Shown here in pieces: positions 9,350 through 18,023 of a stretch of 64,000 nt of DNA. The position numbers and the translations under genes were made by a program. The stretch comes from a virus. The notes beneath the pieces are model-generated. The model made no database searches, was not told where the DNA came from, and was given only the letters and a program-made list of their open reading frames with translations. Position 1 is the stretch's first letter, and each line of letters begins with the position of its first letter. The stretch lies in the IMG/VR virus record IMGVR_UViG_3300031949_000005, positions 64,001-128,000 of that record; one strand, given 5' to 3'.

Positions 9350-9991
9350 TTACTGCATTCCAATACCTAGGCCGGACGGTTCATCCCAACGAATATCGCT
9401 TTCGTAGGGACGACGTGATCCACAGACACTGTTGTGATATGCGCCATCACGACTTGGAACAGGATCGTGATAAGACATCCCATCGGGATTTTTCAACGTC
9501 TGCATAATACCCCACCACAGAGCACGCTTTGCGATTTTGTCTCCGGTCCTTATGGCCTGTCGGAGATGCTCATTGTTGAAAATGAGATCGTTGGCACGAG
9601 TCTTAATATCGTACCAGTCGGGTCTAATGATTTGAATATCGACCACAGGCACTGTCGTTGCTCGATAAACAGTCACAACAGACGGATCGTCGAGATAGTC
9701 GTAACTATGATTGCCTATGATGATCCTATCTCCCCGTGATAATTGAGGCGCGATATCCATCTTGAGTTCCATCCGACAGAACTTACAGACTTCCTCGCTA
9801 TAGAGGACGAAGAAGTCATATCTCGTCACGAGAGAGTTCCCACTATCAGAATACGTTTTCGATCCACCAAAGTATCTACTCCCCGTCGGAGTAAATAAGA
9901 ATTTGGGGTGGCTAACGATTCTGTCTAGAATCCCATAAAGAGAATTCTTGATTTCCGGCATGAACGTATCGCTACCATGATAGCTCAACAT
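9350..9991 (-). CDS. putative Pol-beta-superfamily nucleotidyltransferase
   Basis: TGSRYFGG, YDFFV and a later VDIQI aspartate; the first Asp of DxD is not obvious. Confidence 0.5.
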   Translation of the reverse strand: MLSYHGSDTFMPEIKNSLYGILDRIVSHPKFLFTPTGSRYFGGSKTYSDSGNSLVTRYDFFVLYSEEVCKFCRMELKMDIAPQLSRGDRIIIGNHSYDYLDDPSVVTVYRATTVPVVDIQIIRPDWYDIKTRANDLIFNNEHLRQAIRTGDKIAKRALWWGIMQTLKNPDGMSYHDPVPSRDGAYHNSVCGSRRPYESDIRWDEPSGLGIGMQ

Positions 9992-10010
9992 GGTGATCCC
10001 CTTTCCGGCG

Positions 10011-10412
10011 CTATTGCGCCATTGCCTTTTTGATGAAGGAGCACGCAGACATTAAGTCCTCTTCGCCATTAAGAATATTGACGAGGACTTCTCGTTTCCT
10101 AGAGTCGAGTCGGTGTAGAGACACTCCATTAGCCACTTCTTCGATAGCTTCACGGAAGAGTTGGTGTGCGGTTTTTTTCTCCTTTGTCTGGACGAAAGTG
10201 AATTGTCCAGTCTCGTCACGAGAGAGTTCCCACTCCGAAGCAATGGCTTTTACTATCATCGCCACATCCGGTATTGTTAGCCAGACACGATCGAAATTCT
10301 GGGTTATACTTACACCACCACTAGAATTCTTTGGATCGGAACTTACTTCGAAACCATCGGTGAAGTTATAACTTCTAAGACAATACATCACACAATCTCC
10401 TCTAACGGCCAC
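10011..10412 (-). CDS. hypothetical protein
   Basis: 133-aa ORF on the operon strand. Confidence 0.55.
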   Translation of the reverse strand: MAVRGDCVMYCLRSYNFTDGFEVSSDPKNSSGGVSITQNFDRVWLTIPDVAMIVKAIASEWELSRDETGQFTFVQTKEKKTAHQLFREAIEEVANGVSLHRLDSRKREVLVNILNGEEDLMSACSFIKKAMAQ

Positions 10413-10576
10413 CTTTTCAATTGCTTGCCGCGCATCTCCGGGTGTGCTTTCCGTAACTCTCGACGCGCCACATTCCTCGTCTTGGTTTGCGGATTACGAT
10501 GCCCCTTCGGATTGTTCGACTTCTTCGATTTTTTATCTTCCTTCGACGACATTTTCCTCTTCCTTTCGTTCGACTT

Positions 10577-10837
10577 TCATGTTTTCTGACTCTCGTGACT
10601 ATGCAGTGAACACAACCTACAAATCATGCCATTTTCATATTCTGCGTGGTCGAAAGATGGCCAGTGACACAATAGACATGGTAAATTGTCAAATCCCGTT
10701 ATCCCCATCTTGTCGGCACATTGACCACATACAAATCCCGCACTGTCTAGAACCGAATGATCATCGTGAAACCCTGTCTCTTCTTCGCATATGATACACG
10801 AAGGCATTACTACTCCGGTTTCTTCGTTAAGAAACAT
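10577..10837 (-). CDS. Cys-rich (zinc-finger) protein, paralogue of 1058..1384
   Basis: AAGGAG RBS before MFLNEE; four CxxC pairs. Confidence 0.65.
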   Translation of the reverse strand: MFLNEETGVVMPSCIICEEETGFHDDHSVLDSAGFVCGQCADKMGITGFDNLPCLLCHWPSFDHAEYENGMICRLCSLHSHESQKT

Positions 10838-10863
10838 GGTTGTCTCCTTACGTTTGGGGTTAT

Positions 10864-10935
10864 ATCCCATACTAGGATTTGAACCTAGATTCACCGTGTT
10901 GTCACAGTGCGTCTTACCAATTAGACTATATGGGA
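10864..10935 (-). tRNA. tRNA-like RNA with non-canonical anticodon arm (identity undetermined)
   Basis: TCCCATA/TATGGGA acceptor, GTCT-AATTGGTA-AGAC D-arm, CTAGG-TTCAAAT-CCTAG T-arm; anticodon arm CACTG-TGACAACA-CGGTG (8-nt loop, no U33). Confidence 0.75.
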
Positions 10936-10937
10936 TA

Positions 10938-11842
10938 CCAGCGTGAACACGCCAGAAGTGGCCACAATATCGCCGACTAATCCGCTTGTCGATTAGTAAC
11001 GAGATTGGTTCGCGGGCCTTTATAGACTAGAAGCGACGATAGATACGACTACCGCGCTACTATTTATTTGTCTCGTGGTGTCATTTCGGAGTACCATCCT
11101 ATAAGGTAAGCGCTAACTCACTCCCATAGGACGTATCGGTAAACTAAGAATTGCTAGACGGTACGGCGCTATCACCAGACCCGATAAGGTTGCGAGGCTT
11201 ACCAGACCCTTAGTTCCGACGCGCTATGGCCTAGGTTTACGGAGTTACACCGACAACCTATCCCCACCACAATTGCACTTATACTGTAACATATCCGACT
11301 AGACTTGCGTTAGATATGTTCGCGCGACAATTCTTATCAGGATTCTCACCGTATAGTCGCGCCATGTCTGATAAAACCATTTCGGTATGATACGATTGCA
11401 GGATAGTTTATTCCGACAAGCGCTATTCGCCACCGAAGCGCCCTTCGGTATTCTTGCTAAGCGCGCGGACTACCTACATCGTCCCATAACTTGTGTGTTA
11501 TCGGACGTATAAGCGTATACCGTTATATCGGCTAACGCGGGAATTATCGGACGCCTAATTCTCGGACCCTCTTCCCGAACTCCGATAATAATTTCGGGAG
11601 TTAGACCCTGCAAACGAACTAGGTCTTATAACGATGTTTCCCTATCGTTGACGGATTAGCGCGGACTATGCGCTCTCCCATTCTTATACAGCCCGATAAT
11701 AGGCCGTAATTCCGCATAAGACGCAACGCGAACAGCGCGTCTATTTAGTCCGAAGTTATCGGACGCATCGAATATGCGGCGAGGCGCGCACTACCGGACG
11801 AGGAGAATCCGATAATGCGCGATTGCGCCGGATACTCTGGTG
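10938..11842 (-). ncRNA. candidate giant structured ncRNA (~900 nt)
   Basis: No ORF of 60 aa or more within it in six frames; more than 15 helices found by eye, some nested; imperfections are G:U on the minus strand. Confidence 0.65.
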
Positions 11843-12163
11843 TTACTTCTTGCCGAGCTTTGCGAAGCTCGACTTCAATTTTGACGCACCTTGCCGACGG
11901 TTGAGGATAGCGTCAGCGACACCCGCTCCGTTATCGGAGCCGAAGCCTCGATCCGACGGCGGGGTATATCCCGAACCGTTTTCGGACCATTGCTTCAAAC
12001 TCTCAATCACGTCAAGCGCTTCGGCGATTGCATCCTCTCGCTCATCCTCGGCCTTCAGCGCGATTGCATCGACGAGCTTCTTCGTGTCGGAATACCGACC
12101 AGCATCGTCAAGAAATCGTTGCGCATCGAAGGCGACCTTCGGCTCCATCGTACCAGTTGCCAT
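11843..12163 (-). CDS. hypothetical 106-aa protein directly upstream of the candidate ncRNA
   Basis: AGGAG RBS; GC-rich codon use; own promoter. Confidence 0.75.
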   Translation of the reverse strand: MATGTMEPKVAFDAQRFLDDAGRYSDTKKLVDAIALKAEDEREDAIAEALDVIESLKQWSENGSGYTPPSDRGFGSDNGAGVADAILNRRQGASKLKSSFAKLGKK

Positions 12164-12256
12164 AGTAGACTCCTTTAGGAAGCTTCCTATGCGCTACCAG
12201 ACGATAGCACACGCTACCATCCGATAGCGCGTCAAACAAGTTTTTTGCTACATCAT

Positions 12257-12285
12257 ACTATAGCCTCCGGATTGTCAATAGTCAA
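12257..12285 (-). promoter_or_regulatory. sigma70-type early promoter
   Basis: TTGACT-17 nt-TATAGT on the minus strand. Confidence 0.65.
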
Positions 12286-12745
12286 GAGACTTGAACAAAT
12301 TATTTTTAGGTCTTATAATAAGGCACGACATAGAGTGTATATACAATAATAGTCGTATCCTATAATATATCACACTACTCAACAATAATAAGGATTTTAT
12401 TGACCGCGACCGATAAAAGCGCCCCTCGCGTTATTCCGCTAGTCCTATAATATATCACTTTTCTTGTCATGCTACACCATATTATTAGTATCGTCCTATA
12501 AAACGCTAATCCGATAATATCAAATAATGTCCCCGCGATAAACAGGCTCTTGTGTTATTATAGGATCGGTTCGATAATTGCTCGTAAAATCGCACGCAAA
12601 CATAATGATAATAAGCTAGGTCCGATAATCGCAGTTTTAGTAGTGATTGTAACAATATAGAGAGTTTTTGTCCGATAAAACAATCGGATTTTACCACATT
12701 CCGATAATAAAAAGAAGTGTTAGCGCTAAGGTTTTAAGCCAAAAT

Positions 12746-13990
12746 CTAATCTCGGATACCATGTCCGATAATCCTTCCATTGTATCCCTGTGCTCTTATT
12801 CGTCCGATAAGGCCAAAGAGCGCGTTATCCTTCCCGTCCGCAATATAGGACATACCTTCCAGCGCGTTATCATCGTCAAGGTACACCCGCGCTGTATAGG
12901 TGCCTTCGCCGATATGATCGGTTGCAACATAGAGCATTATAAGACCCTCCTATCCGTCGATGGTTATCGGATTCTTCCGTCCGTCAAGAGCGCGTCTATC
13001 CGCTTCGTCCGGTCCCTTGCGCAATTGCCCATACCATCCGGTCCGTGCTAGATTGTCCGATAATCTCTTCGGCGCTTCGTCCGGATTGAACGTCATTGCG
13101 CACGTACCATAATACTTCGAATGGAACGGTCCGGAAACAAACGCCAGCGTCAGATAACCGATTTGCTCGGTCTGGTAATTGAGAGTTTTCCGGCGCTTGA
13201 TTCTGGCAAGTATGGCTTCGCCGAAGGCAATTCGATACTTTGCACGTCTGATAATTGCTCCCACGATTCTTCTCCTTTATCGGACCAACTGAAGTTTGTT
13301 CCAATAATCCATTATTTCCGCTGCGCGGCTCCATCCTACAGGAAGCATAAGGTTATCGGTCGCGTGGGGTTCCCTGGTTTCGATAACCCTTCCGCCCCAT
13401 AAACTCGTGATATATCGGACCGCCGGTTCAACGTACGTTATCGGTACAATCATGTACTGGTTGCGCCTAGGCCCACGTCCTAGGCCGTCCCTATACGTAA
13501 TGAGAACCCGTTGTATGTACCCCATTGTACGCTCCTCGCTACCGATTGTCAAGCGGGAAAAACCGAACCTGTACCCCATCCGGTCCTATATCGTACGGAC
13601 CAATACAATGTCCAATAACTCCTTGAACGTCCGTATCCTCGACCCATTGTCCGTCCGATAAAAGAACCCGGTCACGTTCCGATAAGAAACCGTTGGCTAG
13701 ACCGATAATTGTTTCGGTGTGGTTATCGACACTAACGATGTCTCCAATACAGACTATCATTACCGGACTCCTTGCAGTGTGCTAACCCGTAGATTACCGG
13801 ACACACTGTCATATCCGATAACCTTGCTCGTACCGTCCGATAACGTAACCAGCACAGGCCCATCATCGTCCGATAGCGTATAAGCCGCCGTACGTCCGCT
13901 TGCCAGTGCCACCTCGTCCGATAACCCCTCGTAGAAGCTCGGTCCGATATTCTCCGAACCGGGGATATACAGTCTAGTTGTACCGAACAT
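12746..13990 (-). CDS. operon of five small early proteins (12746..12937, 12950..13264, 13277..~13525, 13539..13760, 13760..13990)
   Basis: Co-oriented ORFs with GGAGG/AGGAG RBS; GC-rich. Confidence 0.65.
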
Positions 13991-14002
13991 TGAAGCCCTC
14001 CT

Positions 14003-14074
14003 TTACGTTAACTCCCACCATACCTTGGCCAGTCCCATAACCACCATCGCCACGGCTAGACCGATAAGTGTCAT
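14003..14074 (-). CDS. 23-aa hydrophobic micro-protein MTLIGLAVAMVVMGLAKVWWELT
   Basis: Hand-translated; starts 1 nt after the previous stop; below the ORF-track cutoff. Confidence 0.45.
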   Translation of the reverse strand: MTLIGLAVAMVVMGLAKVWWELT

Positions 14075-14075
14075 A

Positions 14076-14216
14076 TTATCGGCCTTCACAATCGTTGTTA
14101 TCGGAACACAAGAAGTAACCGCCCGATGGTCCGAGAACACCAACACCCTCTTCCGTCAGATAAAACTTGCACCCGCCGCACGCCAGCAACAAAAGTCCCA
14201 TAAGTAAACGTTTCAT
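14076..14216 (-). CDS. 46-aa putative lipoprotein MKRLLMGLLLLACGGC...
   Basis: Hand-translated; AGGAGG RBS; signal peptide with lipobox-like Cys. Confidence 0.6.
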   Translation of the reverse strand: MKRLLMGLLLLACGGCKFYLTEEGVGVLGPSGGYFLCSDNNDCEGR

Positions 14217-14231
14217 CGTACCCTCCTTTTG

Positions 14232-14357
14232 TTATCGTCCGTACCGATTCGTTGCCAATCCGAAGGCATTGAAAACCAGTCCGATAGTTGCTAGTGCCAT
14301 AACCATCGCCCCGATGTAAAGCCCGTTGTTCGTTAGTAGGTTAATGATCGTTTCCAT
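14232..14357 (-). CDS. 41-aa single-pass membrane protein METIINLLTNNGLYIGAMVM...
   Basis: Hand-translated; first ORF after the 14407-14435 promoter. Confidence 0.55.
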   Translation of the reverse strand: METIINLLTNNGLYIGAMVMALATIGLVFNAFGLATNRYGR

Positions 14358-14406
14358 TGTCCTGTCCCTTCGTTATAAGCCCTTGTTATCCCCTTACCAC
14401 GAGTAT

Positions 14407-14435
14407 ATTTTAGCATACCGATCGGCAAGAAGCAA
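14407..14435 (-). promoter_or_regulatory. sigma70-type early promoter with extended -10
   Basis: TTGCTT-17 nt-TAAAAT with TGn before the -10. Confidence 0.6.
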
Positions 14436-14882
14436 GCCCGAAGGAAAGAATCTTTTTTTAGTCCGATAAGTTAAGATAGGTAGGATAGTCTGATAAATAG
14501 AAGATAGATATATAGTCCTATAGCTTAGTCAAGCTAGGTTCCGATAAGTATAGTATGATGATAGATAGGTTATAGGAGCTTAGCATAGATAGTCTGATAA
14601 TTGGAGGTCCGATAAGGGGAGTGGGTATTTTATGTTATCGGAGCAAGGCGGAAGGAACGTCCGAAAACGCGGGGGCCTGCATTCGCACCAAGACCCCAAA
14701 ACCCATCCATACTATAAAATCGGATCACTTGTTTTTATCTAAAGCTCCATGGCCTCATATCACAAGAAAATTTTAAAGAACATCTTGGCTGTTGCTATAT
14801 TGGTATGAGGTTTAGCGGTCGGCGCTCTTTCCAGGGATATCACGACTAATACTCGTGGTATTCCAATTGTCTTGGGGAAAAT

Positions 14883-16111
14883 ATGTCAGCAATCATGCCT
14901 ATATTGGTTTCGTTAACAGTATCAATAACTGTCTTAATGACATATTATTATTATTTGAAAGTATTATATTCCAAAATTGATATAAGACATAAATTATCAG
15001 ATTCTTTTTTCAAATATTGGTCAATAGACAAATTTGCAAAAGATATTGTTAGATTAAAACGATTTAAAGATTTAAGAAATTATATAGAAGATAATTACAA
15101 GTGGGAAATTTGTCACTTTCAGAAAATGAATGACGATCTTGAACATATATTTTATATTAAAAAGAATACGGTATTATCGTGTCCTTTCCCTATCAAACCT
15201 GATAATTATAGCAATATGCAATTATCTTTATTTATAGCCCATATATTAATCGAAGAGAATTTAATTTTTACTGAATTCTATCAAAATTTCGTTGGTTATT
15301 TAAACAGGAGAAAACATTGAAGCAAATAGAAAAGAAAAAACGAGTCTTTAAAACCATTACGAAAGAAGATGATAGACTTTACGCCAAAAATGAACTGATT
15401 TGCCCAGAATTATTGGACGAACTCCACGATACGGTCGAGGAACTTAACTTTCTCTGTCGTGCTAATACTCCTGTAAAAGATAAAGGATACAGAATAGATA
15501 AAAAACAAAAGAACCAATTGTGTAAAACAATATCCTCAACTTTAAAGGAGATTTTTGAACTATGAGTAATTATTTAATAGAAGGTATTATCGGAACATTA
15601 ATGGGAGAATACGGAATTGTTAAAGTTCTAGAAATAGTTGATGAAAAATCATATCATCATATAATACACAAGGGTATTAAAAATACAATATTAGAATTTA
15701 ATACGTATAACAAAAATTTACCAAAACTAGATCATACATCCTGTTCATGCCCTGGTTGTACTGGTCGTGGATAAAATCATGATAACTTATACGAGAGAAA
15801 AATTTTGTCGTGTATGTTCTCCTATTTTAGAAGATTTTGGTCAAGGTATAAAAATATCTTGTCAGGCTACTTTAAATAAAAAATATTGTGATTTTAATAT
15901 AAGTGATTGTTATGTATTTTATAAAGATATAGTAGAATATTACAAAAAACTAAAATCCTTTTACACGAGAATAGGAGACATGGATTATGTCAATAAATTA
16001 CCAGATGTAGAAAAAATTATAAAACGTGTCTGTTGTTTTTATCAGCCGACAAATGCTACTAATAAAGAAATATATGATGATGTTGTAGTGAATATAGAAT
16101 TATATAGTTAA
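14883..16111 (+). CDS. four hypothetical proteins (14883..15320, 15317..15565, 15562..15774, 15767..16111)
   Basis: Overlapping start/stop codons; AT-rich. Confidence 0.6.
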
Positions 16112-16126
16112 TAAAAGGAGAAATAT

Positions 16127-16738
16127 ATGCGAAAAGATTTTACATCAATTGTTATGATATTGGATCGTTCTGGGTCTATGGCTACACATAAATCAGATAC
16201 GATAGGTGGTTTTAATGAATTTCTCGAAGATCAGAAAAAATTATCCGGAGACGCTGTTTTAACATTGGTTCAATTTGATGATGAATATGAAGTACTACAT
16301 AATTTTATTAATATTAGAGATATAAAACCATTAGATGACCATTCATTCAAACCAAGGGGATCGACGGCGTTATTGGACTCCATGGGGAAAACGATCAATG
16401 ATGTGGGCAAGACTTTAGCCGATATGCAAGAGCATGAAAGGCCCGATAGGGTGATAGTTGTTACAGTTACAGATGGACACGAGAATGCTAGTAAGAATTT
16501 CACAAGAGAATCAATTTTCGATATGATTAAACATCAAAAGGATATATATAATTGGCACTTTGTATTTATTGGGGCTAATCAGGATGCTATTGCGACAGGA
16601 ACATCTTTAGGTATTATGAATAATATGAATTATAACACCAATAAAACAAAACAATTGTATGGTTGTATTAGTAGTAATGTAGGTAATCTAAGAGGCTCCT
16701 GTGATCCACAAAGCTTTAATTGGAATCCTGGTCTATAA
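16127..16738 (+). CDS. von Willebrand factor A domain protein
   Basis: MIDAS DRSGS, TALLD, VTDGHEN. Confidence 0.9.
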   Translation: MRKDFTSIVMILDRSGSMATHKSDTIGGFNEFLEDQKKLSGDAVLTLVQFDDEYEVLHNFINIRDIKPLDDHSFKPRGSTALLDSMGKTINDVGKTLADMQEHERPDRVIVVTVTDGHENASKNFTRESIFDMIKHQKDIYNWHFVFIGANQDAIATGTSLGIMNNMNYNTNKTKQLYGCISSNVGNLRGSCDPQSFNWNPGL

Positions 16739-17283
16739 TGATAGCTTATTGTTCTGGAGACATCTTAGAAACACTATTTGACGCAATAGTAATTCCAGTG
16801 AATTGCGTTGGCGTAATGGGTAAGGGATTGGCCCTTTCTGCAAAGAAGAAATATCCTAAAAATTATGAATTCTACCAAAAACATTGTCATGTAGACAAAT
16901 TACCAGTAAATCTGTTTGAGGATCATACTCCATTATTATCCTTCTTTCCTGGGACTATCGCATGTTTTGAAGAGAATGATAAAGTTATTGTTAATTTTAC
17001 TACTAAAAACCACTGGAGAAATCCATCTAAACTAAAATGGATACGAGATGGTATAGAGGAATTAGCGAATGAAATAAATTATAGGTCTACTATTAACGAA
17101 GTAGATTATTCTTGTGCTTATCCTAAATGGAAATCGTATCTTGCTATTCCGAGAGAAATTAAATCAATAGCAATTCCAAAATTAGGATGTGGTTTGGGCG
17201 GTTTAAAATGGAAACAAGTTGCCCCAATAATAGAATCTTTAGACGATATGGTGAAATGTGACATCGGAATTTATACAAGATAA
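16738..17283 (+). CDS. macrodomain ADP-ribosylhydrolase (DarG/TARG1-like)
   Basis: GDI..., PVNCVGVMGKGLA, NFTTKNHWRNPS, IAIPKLGCGLGGLKW. Confidence 0.88.
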   Translation: MIAYCSGDILETLFDAIVIPVNCVGVMGKGLALSAKKKYPKNYEFYQKHCHVDKLPVNLFEDHTPLLSFFPGTIACFEENDKVIVNFTTKNHWRNPSKLKWIRDGIEELANEINYRSTINEVDYSCAYPKWKSYLAIPREIKSIAIPKLGCGLGGLKWKQVAPIIESLDDMVKCDIGIYTR

Positions 17284-17671
17284 ATTTAAATGGTTAAAAC
17301 CACTTAACAATAATTTAAGAGCCCTATATTGGTACTCGCGTTGTCTTTGCGCCGAATCGGTCCTAAGAATTTGTTTCTCTTATAAAATTCTTCGTCGTGC
17401 CCAACATATACTTCATTTAGAAGAAAAAATAAAAAATCAAGCCGAAGAAATAACTAGAATGAGAGAAATTTTTGAATATAAAAATAAATTACTTAAGGCT
17501 TGCAATATACTAATTGCGTGCGACGGGCCATGTAATAAAGCTTATATGGAGAATCCCTATGACCTTGACGAAGAAATTGTTAAACTGGCTGAAAGGAATT
17601 CTGCTAGACTCAGGCACTGGTGGAATCGTGGTGGGCAACAAGCCTTTGAATCATATAAAACAGCTAGATAA
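17258..17671 (+). CDS. hypothetical protein
   Basis: ORF track. Confidence 0.5.
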   Translation: MTSEFIQDKFKWLKPLNNNLRALYWYSRCLCAESVLRICFSYKILRRAQHILHLEEKIKNQAEEITRMREIFEYKNKLLKACNILIACDGPCNKAYMENPYDLDEEIVKLAERNSARLRHWWNRGGQQAFESYKTAR

Positions 17672-18023
17672 GAATGGTTGTTCTATTGCGTGTACGGCTA
17701 TGGTATCTGGTGTTTCTTATGAATATGTAAAAAATAATTTAAAATCACGAACAACTCATTGTGTCAAAAGTTTCTTAAATAATAATTTTAATATTAAATC
17801 TAGATTTATAAAATTCAATAGTTTGAAAAATTTAAAAAATAATTGTATATTAGTTCTTTGTTCTTTAGATAAAAATATTGGGGAAGGAAATGAAATTGTA
17901 TTTCATAGTGTTGTCTATGACAATATCAGTAAAAGAATTTTAGATCCAGATATAAGCGATATAGATATACATAGCTTATTTCTTTTTAATATTGTACAAT
18001 GTTTGGAGATATTAAATGATTGA
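17628..18023 (+). CDS. peptidase C39-like (papain-fold) protein
   Basis: HIKQLDKNGCSIAC (Q..C) and FHSVVYD...ILDP; start uncertain. Confidence 0.55.
   Translation: MVGNKPLNHIKQLDKNGCSIACTAMVSGVSYEYVKNNLKSRTTHCVKSFLNNNFNIKSRFIKFNSLKNLKNNCILVLCSLDKNIGEGNEIVFHSVVYDNISKRILDPDISDIDIHSLFLFNIVQCLEILND

Larger units (their letters stand above)
11498..14642. repeat. dispersed octamer TCCGATAA/TTATCGGA cluster
   Basis: 25 exact copies by hand count (17 plus, 8 minus) and many one-mismatch variants. Confidence 0.9.

Noticed and set aside
1811-10894. N-terminal extensions of ORFs running into tRNA genes (ends at 1875, 2452, 4354, 5761, 9234, 10894)
   Set aside because: Artefacts of longest-ORF calling; downstream starts, mostly with RBSs, avoid the tRNA overlap
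10938-11842. Group I or II intron, or RNase P RNA, as the identity of the structured region
   Set aside because: P7-like words (CATAGTCC, GCGACTATA) occur in the wrong order; no domain V or GAGGAAAGUCC motif seen; no split exon on either side
540-14207. Plus-strand ORFs in the left arm other than the 8226 HNH (e.g. 6539, 9434, 10030, 11823, 12668)
   Set aside because: Antisense shadows of better-supported minus-strand genes that have RBSs
11498-14642. CRISPR array, iteron array or DnaA boxes
   Set aside because: The repeat is only 8-9 bp, irregularly spaced, in both orientations and inside ORFs; it shares only TTATC with TTATCCACA; no cas genes in the window
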